This document shows positions 1-8,482 of a DNA stretch of 64,000 nt, one piece after another (within the stretch, counting starts at the first letter, position 1; the number at the start of each line of letters is the position of its first letter). Position numbers and translations under genes: made by a program. The notes under the pieces were generated by a model. The model ran no database searches and was not told the DNA's origin. It saw nothing but the letters and a program-made list of their open reading frames with translations. The stretch comes from Clostridia bacterium (GTDB taxonomy: Bacteria; Bacillota; Clostridia; JAAYHZ01): the NCBI GenBank assembly GCA_050950825.1, contig JBMNIH010000003.1:384001-448000 (forward strand), read 5' to 3'.

Positions 1-804
1 TCGACCGATAATCTGTGATATGGGAAAATCGCTTCCCCATAAAAGTCGTGTCGGTCCGAATTCCTGCAAGATCGCCATAATCGGAGAAGCTTCGCAAATG
101 CCGGACATATCAAACCAAACGTTTTGTATTCCTCTTAAAAAAGTAACTCCTTTACGGGTGTTAGGAGAATGAAATCCTCTTCCTGCATGGGCTAATATGA
201 GTTTTACATGGGGATAACGGCGGCATATATCTTGAATCATAGAAAGATTTTCATCATCCGCCAAGGCTTTGTCCTTAACGATATGAAGCGTTACAACAAA
301 ATTTTTACGATTCGCTTCTTCCCATACCCACTCCGGTACAAATGAATTTATAGATCCTTGGTCCTTCGGCTCATGATTCCCGTAGAAATAATAGGGTTTA
401 AAGCCGCGAATACAAGGATGATCAAGATACTTTTCTATATACTCGGGCATTTCTTCGGTCATGGGAACCAACAGCAAGCCTCTGCTGTCCGGATTATCGT
501 TTAACTCTTTGATAAGAAATTCATTGGCTTCCTCGATATCCGAAACCGGATAAGGCATGAAAAGCCCGCCTTGAAGATTTTTTCCGAATACGGATTTCAT
601 GCAGGATTGCCATATGGCGATACCGGTGTTTTCGGGACACCCGGCTAAAAAAATCGATTCGGGTACGGAATCAATGGAACGGCGGTACACATGGGCATGT
701 ACGTCAAAGATTTTTGCAGGAAAAAAGTCGATTAGATCTTCCAAAATCGCTTGGGGGTGAGGGTTACCGATACTTTCGGGATAAAAGCTGCATAGATTTT
801 TCAT
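1..804 (-). CDS. Amidohydrolase family protein (Amidohydro_2-like), 3' end runs off the window
   Basis: Not in the ORF track; translated by hand from ATG at 804 (SD AGGAGA): MKNLCSFYPE...IFDVHAHVY...LILAHAGRG...WFDMSG...RLLWGSDFP. These are the HxH, H and GSD motifs of the amidohydrolase TIM barrel. Confidence 0.85.
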   Translation of the reverse strand, partial: MKNLCSFYPESIGNPHPQAILEDLIDFFPAKIFDVHAHVYRRSIDSVPESIFLAGCPENTGIAIWQSCMKSVFGKNLQGGLFMPYPVSDIEEANEFLIKELNDNPDSRGLLLVPMTEEMPEYIEKYLDHPCIRGFKPYYFYGNHEPKDQGSINSFVPEWVWEEANRKNFVVTLHIVKDKALADDENLSMIQDICRRYPHVKLILAHAGRGFHSPNTRKGVTFLRGIQNVWFDMSGICEASPIMAILQEFGPTRLLWGSDFPISQIIGR

Positions 805-865
805 AAACCTATCTCCTAACCGTCGAAGTAAGTTCATAAGACAATATCGACATCTCTATCTTTCC

Positions 866-904
866 AAGAAGTCCGTTTCGTTGTCAAGACGAAACGGACT
901 TCTT
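866..904 (-). terminator. Hairpin, likely terminator or mRNA stabiliser after the SBP gene
   Basis: Perfect 16-bp inverted repeat AAGAAGTCCGTTTCGT / ACGAAACGGACTTCTT with a 7-nt loop. Confidence 0.7.
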
Positions 905-938
905 TTACAACTTTATTTTACATCTGTCTAAATTGTAA

Positions 939-2771
939 CTAATTTGCGTCTCTGTATTCTTTAAACGTTTTTATATCGCTGCCGTTCCAAATCTCAACCC
1001 ATTCCTCCAATCCTGCAGCATAAAGCCGGTCGATATATTGCTCCCATTCGGTGTTGATATTGGCAATTTGTCCGCTCCATACCCTGGATGAGAATTCGTT
1101 ATGAACGGTTGATATTTGATCAATGGTTTCTTCTCGCAGTTCTTTGAATTCTTCATATCGATCCGCAGGCATGGTAAAGGCGTTATAGAACTTCTCCGGT
1201 CGCAGCCACAGCTTCTCGTTGTAATACCCTCCGTGTTTTTCCCAGTAGTCGATGAATTGAACACAATGAGCATCGAAGTTGTAAACGACCTTGATATCGG
1301 TTATAAAATTGTTGTTGCCGAATTGGCCGAAGGTTTTCGTGCCCTTACCTGCATATTTTGCAGGTATCTTATCGGCTTCCGTAAAAATAACCGGGCTTTT
1401 AAAGGGCTCGCTGTACCATTTGTAGTGAACGCCTTCGATTCCCCATTTATACCGCAGCCAATCTTCACCAAAGTACGCATACTCCAGTAATTGGAACAAA
1501 CGAATCATTTTTTCATCCGAGATATTGCCTACTGTATAACACCTCTCATCCCAATTAAAGGGAGTGTAAGGTAAGTATTTGCCGCTGCCCGGACAGGGGG
1601 TAATAACAAAGGTCGCATCCGGATCGGTATTGTCAAGAATATTTGCCGGCGGCCATTGGTCCCCGTCTCCGTATCCCAAACCTAAGACTCTAGGAGCGCC
1701 TAATGTGTTCATAAAACCGGTTTTTGCCGTATTCCATATACCTCGAAGCTCCAGCCAATAATCCATTTCGCCCGGCACAAACCGCATATATCCTTTGTCA
1801 ATCATCTCGGTTAAAAAGACCAAGCTGTCACGATACGGAGCGTATGCTATGTAGGGAACATAATCTCCGGTAATTGGATCCTTGTAAAAATGGTTCATGT
1901 CTTTTGTAAAACCGAACATAACGTAAGAAAGATAGCAGTCATACCACGAGTTGGCAAAACCGGATCCGAACGTATCGTCTACCCCGTTTCCGTCGGGATC
2001 GTCCTCCGTAAAGCCTCTTAAAATTTCTCGTACGTCATCTTCCGTAAACACGGTGGTAGAGTAATATACTCTTTCATTCCATGCCTCGGGTTTAATAACG
2101 CTGATCATAGGCTCCAGGTTCTCGAGTGTGTAGCCGAGAGTTTCCAGCCAATCCAAACGCCACATCGGTACGAAACCGTCTACATACGCCGAGCTTGTAT
2201 TCATACTTATGCCGTAATACTCGTCTTCCGTTCCTTCTACCAAGTTAAACTTAAAACCTAAAGGCTCGTCCACAAGCATTTTGTAATAACTTGGTAAATA
2301 CTGTCGAATCATGTCCAAAGGTATGGTTCGTCCAAGTCCGTTTTCATACAAGTATTTTCCCGAGGTATAGTAGAACCCCCAGTCCGGAACGTCTCCTGCG
2401 GCCAGCATCATCTGTACTTGCTCCATGTTGCTCGAATCAATCAGGATGTTCCACATTTTCAAGTCCACATTGAACTTTTCTTCGAGCTCCAACTCATCCC
2501 ATCGGCCTTCCTCATACAGATGGGATGAATAGGTACCTACCAGCCAGTTAATTACCATTTTTTCTGCAAAAGGATTGGCATCCGCCGTCGTTGTTTCCGC
2601 TTTTGTCGTTGTTGTCTGCGCCTTTGTTGTTGTCTGCTTTGCGGAAGCGGTTGTTACGACCGTATCTTCCGGCGATGTTTCAACAACCTCGGAGGTTCCG
2701 GAGCATGCCGCCATACTGAAAATGATGGCAAGCAACAGTAAGAACGATAAAGACTTCTTAACCGAATTCAT
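939..2771 (-). CDS. ABC transporter carbohydrate-binding lipoprotein (large family-1/LplA-like SBP)
   Basis: Lipobox FSMAAC, Thr-rich linker, MLAAGDVPD, WRLDWLETLG, FTEDDPDGNG, WGIEGVHY and C-terminal WEQYIDRLYAAGLEE. Start moved to ATG 2771, 8 nt after a GGGGG SD. Confidence 0.85.
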   Translation of the reverse strand: MNSVKKSLSFLLLLAIIFSMAACSGTSEVVETSPEDTVVTTASAKQTTTKAQTTTTKAETTTADANPFAEKMVINWLVGTYSSHLYEEGRWDELELEEKFNVDLKMWNILIDSSNMEQVQMMLAAGDVPDWGFYYTSGKYLYENGLGRTIPLDMIRQYLPSYYKMLVDEPLGFKFNLVEGTEDEYYGISMNTSSAYVDGFVPMWRLDWLETLGYTLENLEPMISVIKPEAWNERVYYSTTVFTEDDVREILRGFTEDDPDGNGVDDTFGSGFANSWYDCYLSYVMFGFTKDMNHFYKDPITGDYVPYIAYAPYRDSLVFLTEMIDKGYMRFVPGEMDYWLELRGIWNTAKTGFMNTLGAPRVLGLGYGDGDQWPPANILDNTDPDATFVITPCPGSGKYLPYTPFNWDERCYTVGNISDEKMIRLFQLLEYAYFGEDWLRYKWGIEGVHYKWYSEPFKSPVIFTEADKIPAKYAGKGTKTFGQFGNNNFITDIKVVYNFDAHCVQFIDYWEKHGGYYNEKLWLRPEKFYNAFTMPADRYEEFKELREETIDQISTVHNEFSSRVWSGQIANINTEWEQYIDRLYAAGLEEWVEIWNGSDIKTFKEYRDAN

Positions 2772-2992
2772 CTTCATTTCCCCCTTTTTAAACAAACAAC
2801 CTATTTTGAATATTTTGCTTTTCTTATACTGTAATTGATTAAAGCTCATTATGAAATGGTAGAATAAGACAGTTTATTCAGATTCATGTCCTATTTTAAC
2901 TAAATTATTAATGTTATATATTTTTACTATTTGCTATTTATGATAAAATAATATTGCCTGTTAGCGAAGAAAGAAGGGACGGATTCCAAATC

Positions 2993-3250
2993 ATGATTAT
3001 CAATGGAAATCCAATCATTTCGGATTCTATCTTAAAATTTTCGGATAGCGAAATTCATGTGGATATCGAGGGAATTCGTTTTTATATACTTTTAGACAGA
3101 AATTTTTTCAGCAGAAAACACATTTTATCCTTCCTTCGGCACAAGCACGGAGCTATTGAAATCTTCTTTGTTCGCGACGGTCAAGGGGAAATGAGCATCG
3201 GTAATAAAACATATGAGCTGTCGAAAAATAGAATCTATATCGTCAATAAG
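2993..3250 (+). pseudogene. AraC family regulator, N-terminal cupin fragment interrupted by a transposon
   Basis: HKHGAIEIFFVRDGQG cupin motif. The frame continues at 6413 once the element and one target-site copy are removed. Confidence 0.85.
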
Positions 3251-3405
3251 TGTTTACGCTGAGTTAAAATGTCCAAAAACTGATGGAATTGCCTGTCCAG
3301 ATATTGCTGGTATATAATGGCCATATACATTCTATAGAAAGAAAAAAGCGTCCTTGTTTCAATGTGATACTGTTACAGCAGTAGCACCAAGGACGTCCCC
3401 AAACT

Positions 3406-3935
3406 ATGATCATTATATCAAAATATGAACTAGAAGAAAAGGCAGAAGAACAAGTTTTTATGTAAGAAGTTTGGAGCAGTTTCTATGTCCCTGCTGCAGG
3501 AGTAACCGTATGAAGGTTGTAGGGAGCAGGCCCAGGAAGTACCTGCAGGAGGATGCCTCGCAAGTGATATTGATAATACGCAGGCTGCGCTGCCTGGAAT
3601 GTAACAAGATACATCACGAATTGCCCGATATACTGGTTCCATACAAACGGTACAAAAGCGAATGCATAGAGACAGTTGTAGCAGAAGATAACAACACTCC
3701 GCTAGCAATAGCATGTGATGAATCTACGCTATACCGGTGGAAAAAGTGGTTTAACTCTTTAAGCAGGTATTTTGCAGGTTGCTTGCAGTCCATAGCAATA
3801 CAGCTGGGAAGAGAAACTGAAGAAGCTTCAGGACCAATATCCGTCCTCCATAGGATATGGTTTTATGTTATCGCCACTGCTGGCCGAGGGCCTGGATCCT
3901 GCAAAAGCGAAAGAGATCAAAGCCCGTATATGTGA
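3406..3935 (+). CDS. DUF6431-like Cys-rich (zinc-ribbon/HTH) transposon protein, apparently frameshifted near its 5' end
   Basis: CPCC...RRLRCLECNKIHHELPDILVPYKRY...CDESTLYRWKKWF. The ATG 3406 frame (MIIISKYELEEK...) stops at about 3463-3465, while the -1 frame reads FYVRSLEQFLCPCC. Confidence 0.7.
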
Positions 3936-5172
3936 ACAAACCGGTATATCAGAGCGTACTCTCCGAAGATATGTGGCACAATACCGGGAAGCCGGATTCG
4001 ACGGTTTAAAGCCTAAAGGAAAGAGCCAAAGAAAAACAGAGGATGCCATACCATCCCATGTATTGGAGCAGGCTATTCTTCTGCGCAGGCAGGTTCCAAG
4101 CCGTAGCGTATCACAGTTGATAAACATCCTGGAGTGGGAAGGAATTGTAGAGCCGGGCCGGATAAAGCGCAGCACACTGCAGGAGCAATTGGCAAACCGG
4201 GGGTACAGTGCAAGACAGATGAAAATGTACACATCAACGGGAGTAGCAGCGCGCAGGTTCCAACATCGGTATCGCAATAAGCTCTGGCATTCGGACATCA
4301 AGTATGGCCCTTATCTTCCTATCGGCAGGGATGGAGAAAAAAAGCAGGTGTTTTTGGTTCTCTTCGTGGATGATGCTACCAGATACGTTCTTCATGGAGA
4401 ATTTTATCCCACCCTGGATAAAGTCATCGTAGAGGATTGCTTCCGGAAGTCCATTCTTAAGCATGGTGTGCCCGAAGCCGTATTTTTTGATAACGGCAGC
4501 CAATACAGGAACAAGTGGATGACACGGGCATGTGCAAAAATGGGCATTCGTCTGCTCTATGCCCGCCCCTACTCGCCGGAAGCAACCGGCAAAGTTGAGA
4601 GGCTGAACCGGGTAGTGGATTCCTTTCTTACAGAGGCCGCTTTGGAGAAACCACAGACCCTGGAAAGGTTGAACGAGCTGTTCCAGGTATGGCTTACCGA
4701 ATGCTATCAGAACAGGCCCCATTCCGCCCTGGTGAATCACATGAGTCCGGAGGTTGCATACCGAAGTGATACGAAACCCCAAAGGTTTATTGACCCGGAC
4801 GTCCTGGCTCAGGCGTTTTTGCATTTTGAGGAACGCAAGGTGGATAAAGCAGGCTGTATCAGCTTCAACGGCCAAAAGTATGAGGTTGGCCTTCCCTTTA
4901 TTGGCTGCACCGTAGATGTGATCTATGATCCGGCATACACCGACGAGCTTACCATTGAGTATGAAGGCCATAGCCCATGGAAGGCTAAGAAGCTGGTAAT
5001 AGGTGAACGATCCGGTCGACGGCCTGATTTACCGGAATATCTTACCACCGAAAAAGCGGAGGCATCCCGCTTGCTAAGAGCAGCCAAAAAGAAGAACGAG
5101 CAGCGCATAGAACAGTACATGCCTGCCGTCTCTTACAGAAACGTGGCCAAGGGTGGTGAGCAGAATGTTTGA
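3865..5172 (+). CDS. DDE transposase (HTH + integrase core + Mu-transposase C-terminal domain)
   Basis: HTH (ISERTLRRY), DDE triad WHSD / FFDNGSQY / GKVERLN, C-terminal RKVDKAGCISFNGQKYEV. Confidence 0.92.
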   Translation: MLSPLLAEGLDPAKAKEIKARICEQTGISERTLRRYVAQYREAGFDGLKPKGKSQRKTEDAIPSHVLEQAILLRRQVPSRSVSQLINILEWEGIVEPGRIKRSTLQEQLANRGYSARQMKMYTSTGVAARRFQHRYRNKLWHSDIKYGPYLPIGRDGEKKQVFLVLFVDDATRYVLHGEFYPTLDKVIVEDCFRKSILKHGVPEAVFFDNGSQYRNKWMTRACAKMGIRLLYARPYSPEATGKVERLNRVVDSFLTEAALEKPQTLERLNELFQVWLTECYQNRPHSALVNHMSPEVAYRSDTKPQRFIDPDVLAQAFLHFEERKVDKAGCISFNGQKYEVGLPFIGCTVDVIYDPAYTDELTIEYEGHSPWKAKKLVIGERSGRRPDLPEYLTTEKAEASRLLRAAKKKNEQRIEQYMPAVSYRNVAKGGEQNV

Positions 5173-5965
5173 AGCCTTTTATGGGTTTAAACGCACACCC
5201 TTCACACGTGATATTCCTACTGACCAGCTTTATCAGCCCATCATACCGGAAGAGACATTAGGGCGCCTGCAATATGCTGCAGATCGTCAGTTGTTCGCTG
5301 TTGTTACCGGGGACTGCGGTACCGGCAAAACCACAGCTATCCGCCGTTTCCGGGATATTCTGGACTCTTCACGATTTCATGTTATGTACCTTGCCGATTC
5401 CAAACTGACGCCCAGGCATTTCTACAAGGGTTTACTGGAGCAGCTGGGGTGTGAGGCAAAATTCTACCGTGGAGATGCCAAACGCCAGCTGCACCGGGAA
5501 ATTGAGCTTATGAAGGGAATCCATAAACTGCAGCCTGTTGTCATAGTTGATGAAGCTCATCTTTTAGACCGAGAGATGCTGGAAGAGGTTCGTTTCCTGC
5601 TGAATTTCAAGATGGACTCAGAAAGCCCAATGGCTTTAATTCTGGTGGGACAGTCAGAGTTGTGGGATAAATTCCAGCTCCAGGCATATGCCGCCATCAA
5701 GCAACGTATTGATATTCAGTGCAAACTGAATCATTATGATCGGGCTCAGGTGGGTGAATACGTACATAGACATTTAGAGTATGCAGCTTGCGACAGGGAA
5801 ATTTTCTCTGAAGCGGCGTTGGATGAGATATTTAAGTATTCCAGCGGCTCTGCCAGGCTCATAAACAAGCTTTGCACCCATTGCCTGCTGTTCGGTGCTC
5901 AAAATGGCCGCAAAATCATTGATGACCATATGGTAAAGCTCGTGATACAGGGGGAATTGGCGTGA
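5165..5965 (+). CDS. ExeA-family AAA+ ATPase (transposition helper, TnsC/IstB/MuB-like role)
   Basis: Walker A GDCGTGKT, Walker B VIVDEAH, LILVGQ, SGSARLINKLC; ATG overlaps the transposase stop. Confidence 0.9.
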   Translation: MFEAFYGFKRTPFTRDIPTDQLYQPIIPEETLGRLQYAADRQLFAVVTGDCGTGKTTAIRRFRDILDSSRFHVMYLADSKLTPRHFYKGLLEQLGCEAKFYRGDAKRQLHREIELMKGIHKLQPVVIVDEAHLLDREMLEEVRFLLNFKMDSESPMALILVGQSELWDKFQLQAYAAIKQRIDIQCKLNHYDRAQVGEYVHRHLEYAACDREIFSEAALDEIFKYSSGSARLINKLCTHCLLFGAQNGRKIIDDHMVKLVIQGELA

Positions 5966-6288
5966 TACAATTCCACTGTTCTTATCAATGGGATGATGGT
6001 AGTAAAGACATATGGCATGGTACTGTTAGCCAGGTTATTAATTTCGGCAGCCACTATGAGATTTTCATTTTAAGCCGGAGCAGCTTGCGGGTACTGGTTG
6101 GTCAATCAACCTCAGGGTTGTTTGCCTGTCTTCCTGATTGTAGCGCAGGGTGCCATTTGAGTACCCTTAATGATACTTTCTACAACAGTGAGAAGTTGAT
6201 TTATGCTTTAGGAAATGTTGTAGACGGTATGACAATAGCTTATGCTTTCAAAGCATTGGAACCATTTTTAAACTTCAATAACGACTAA
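5962..6288 (+). CDS. Small hypothetical transposon accessory protein (possibly DUF6618-like)
   Basis: GTG start overlaps the ATPase stop (GTGA); lies inside the element ends; followed by a hairpin. Confidence 0.65.
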   Translation: MIQFHCSYQWDDGSKDIWHGTVSQVINFGSHYEIFILSRSSLRVLVGQSTSGLFACLPDCSAGCHLSTLNDTFYNSEKLIYALGNVVDGMTIAYAFKALEPFLNFNND

Positions 6289-6294
6289 ATACAT

Positions 6295-6320
6295 AGCGGA
6301 TAACCTTTTAGTTATCCGCT
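6295..6320 (+). terminator. Hairpin at the end of the transposon operon
   Basis: Perfect 10-bp stem AGCGGATAAC / GTTATCCGCT. Confidence 0.55.
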
Positions 6321-6412
6321 CATGCCTTCGCTTTATTGGCAGTTATACCGTCAACTTTTGGTCAATTAACAACATCTATTTCGGGACAATTTGAGCTAGC
6401 ATTAACAATAAA

Positions 6413-7060
6413 GGATCGTATCATTGCCAATCAATCCATAATACGATCGAAGGATACTCCTTTCAGTTTCGTTATGAAGTACAAAAGCCTGCGGAATCCG
6501 TCTTCGCTCACAGCGAGCGCAATCTTTTTCTTGAAAGATTAAACCGACTCCGGGACTGCGTCCTTGAGGATGAATACGACTGCTGCGATACCATCGAAAA
6601 AATTCATCAAGAGATGAGAGAAATGAAATTCGGGTTTTATAACAAGATCCAGACGTATTTTGCACAAATGATCATTCATATATTGCGGATGTATCAACCG
6701 AAAAATCCGGAGAAAATCGAGCTTGAGAAAAAGAGCCCGGAGCAGTCACGGACGGAAATCATCGACAACTTCTTCTATGACAATTTTGATAAGCGATGCG
6801 GTATAGATGATCCGGCATCCCTAGTAGGCGTGAGCAGCAGACAATTAAACCGAATCCTTAAAGAAGAATACGGTTATAGCTTTAAGCAAATCATCATGGA
6901 AATGCGAGTGGAAGTGGCAAAAGATTATCTAATCCAAACGGACGTCACCGTATCCGACATCTCCTACATCGTCGGATATACCGAACCAAGCAACTTTTGC
7001 GCCGTATTCAGAAAAGCGACAGGCAAATCTCCCGGCGCCTATAGGAAACACCGTAGATAA
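6413..7060 (+). pseudogene. AraC family regulator, C-terminal fragment with double HTH
   Basis: Open frame from GGA 6413 (GSYHCQSIH...) runs into track ORF 6614-7060, which has the AraC signature ISYIVGYTEPSNFCAVFRKATGKSPGAYR. Confidence 0.88.
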
Positions 7061-7092
7061 CGGTATTGACAGTTCTACAATGATGTTTCGAT

Positions 7093-7130
7093 AAAAAAAT
7101 AAAACCCACGGAAACATGTTCCGTAGGATT
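7093..7130 (-). terminator. Intrinsic terminator of the tRNA operon
   Basis: Minus strand reads CCTACGGAA-CATGT-TTCCGTGGG followed by TTTTATTTTTTT. Confidence 0.75.
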
Positions 7131-7205
<75 letters not shown>

Positions 7206-7206
7206 G

Positions 7207-7281
7207 TGGAGCGGGTTACGAGATTCGAACTCGCGACTTTCACCTTGGCAAGGTGACACTCTACCGCTGAGTTAAACCCGC
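7207..7281 (-). tRNA. tRNA-Gly(GCC)
   Basis: GCGGGTTTAACTCAGCGGTAGAG...TTGCCAA...GTTCGAATC...CCA. Confidence 0.95.
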
Positions 7282-7284
7282 AAG

Positions 7285-7360
<76 letters not shown>

Positions 7361-7363
7361 AAA

Positions 7364-7440
7364 TGGCGACCCGGAAGGGACTCGAACCCTCGACCTCTAG
7401 CGTGACAGGCTAGCATTCTAACCGACTGAACTACCGGGCC
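7364..7440 (-). tRNA. tRNA-Asp(GTC)
   Basis: GGCCCGGTAGTTCAGTCGGTTAGAATG...CTGTCAC...GGTTCGAGTC...CCA. Confidence 0.95.
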
Positions 7441-7444
7441 ATAT

Positions 7445-7520
7445 TGGTGGGCGCTACAGGGATCGAACCTATGACCCCCTGCTTGTAAGGCAGGTGCTCT
7501 CCCGGCTGAGCTAAGCGCCC
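7445..7520 (-). tRNA. tRNA-Val(TAC)
   Basis: GGGCGCTTAGCTCAGCCGGGAGAGC...CTTACAA...GGTTCGATCC...CCA. Confidence 0.95.
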
Positions 7521-7549
7521 TCGGTACTGTCCTCAAAAGGACAATTCCA

Positions 7550-7578
7550 AGTATACAAGAAATGATATTTAATGTCAA
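7550..7578 (-). promoter_or_regulatory. SigA promoter of the tRNA operon
   Basis: TTGACA-17 nt-TATACT about 30 nt upstream of tRNA-Val. Confidence 0.8.
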
Positions 7579-7606
7579 CTGCAAAATTTTGAATTTTTCT
7601 TGTCAC

Positions 7607-8482
7607 CTAATGCTTTATAATATCCAGCAGCTCTTCTTTTGTAAATTGGTACTTCTTGTTACAGAAGTTACATTGGGTCTCAACTATATCTTGCGTATCT
7701 ATTATATCCATAATCTCTTCTTTGCCAAGAGCCAATATGTTGGTTTCCATCCGGAATCGAGAGCAAGTGCAGCGATATTCTACAGGACTTGTATCAATGA
7801 TCTTCATGTCTAACGAACCTAAGATCATTTGCAAGACATTTTCGATAGTATCCCCTCCGGATAGCAGTTCCGAAACGGCCGGATAAGTATAAATCTTCTG
7901 TTCAATCAAGGAAAGGGTTTCCTCCGTTGCTCCCGGCATCAATTGAATAATATACCCTCCGCAGGAGGTAAAGGTACCTTTTTTATCGATGGTCTCTCCC
8001 AAACTGAAGGCCGTGGGAATTTGCTCGGAGGTTACAAAATACGAAGCCAAATCATCGGCAATCTCTCCGGAGACCAAATCCACATAACCGGTATAGGGTT
8101 CCTTTAACCCGATGTCTTTTACAACATACAAAAACCCGGTATCTCCCACGATTTTCGACATATCGATCTTTCCGTTGGGCTTATGATACAACGGCACATT
8201 GGGATTTCCTACGTACCCTCGTACGGCATCTCTTGTATCCGAAACCACCACAATACCGTCGATAGGCCCGTTGCCTCGTACTTGTAGGGTCAACTTATCT
8301 TTTTCATTTTCCATCATCTTCGTCATTAAAGCCGTTGCGGTTAAAGCTCTGCCTAAAGCCGCAGCGGATGCCGGCGACAAATGATGAATATCCATCGCTT
8401 TTTGTACCGTATGCAAAGTCGTAGCACCGTATGCCCGAACCGTGGCATCCGCTGCAAGCACTCTTACGATATAATCTTTCAT
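7607..8482 (-). CDS. hslO: Hsp33 redox-regulated chaperone
   Basis: ALGRALTA, SGEIADDLASYFVTSEQ and the C-terminal zinc motif CTCS...CNFC. Confidence 0.95.
   Translation of the reverse strand: MKDYIVRVLAADATVRAYGATTLHTVQKAMDIHHLSPASAAALGRALTATALMTKMMENEKDKLTLQVRGNGPIDGIVVVSDTRDAVRGYVGNPNVPLYHKPNGKIDMSKIVGDTGFLYVVKDIGLKEPYTGYVDLVSGEIADDLASYFVTSEQIPTAFSLGETIDKKGTFTSCGGYIIQLMPGATEETLSLIEQKIYTYPAVSELLSGGDTIENVLQMILGSLDMKIIDTSPVEYRCTCSRFRMETNILALGKEEIMDIIDTQDIVETQCNFCNKKYQFTKEELLDIIKH

Larger units (their letters stand above)
3251..6407 (+). mobile_element. Four-gene transposable element (IS481/IS21/Mu-like DDE transposase plus ExeA-type ATPase), 3157 bp
   Basis: Ends TGT...ACA; imperfect terminal IRs TGTTTACGCTGAGTTAAAATGTCC vs TGTTAATGCTAGCTCAAATTGTCC (17/24 match); flanking 5-mers ATAAG (3246-3250) and ATAAA (6408-6412); interrupts the AraC gene. 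Confidence 0.9.

Noticed and set aside
2580-2665. Short tandem repeats (GTTGTTGTCTGC)
   Set aside because: They encode the Thr-rich KxQTTT linker of the lipoprotein; not an independent repeat element.
4234-4971. 245-aa antisense ORF in the transposase
   Set aside because: Shadow frame of the transposase with no SD or motif support.
3251-6407. RNA-guided (CAST/TnpB/IS110-type) interpretation of the transposon
   Set aside because: No Cas, TniQ, TnpB or DEDD recombinase, and the non-coding ends are short with no array.
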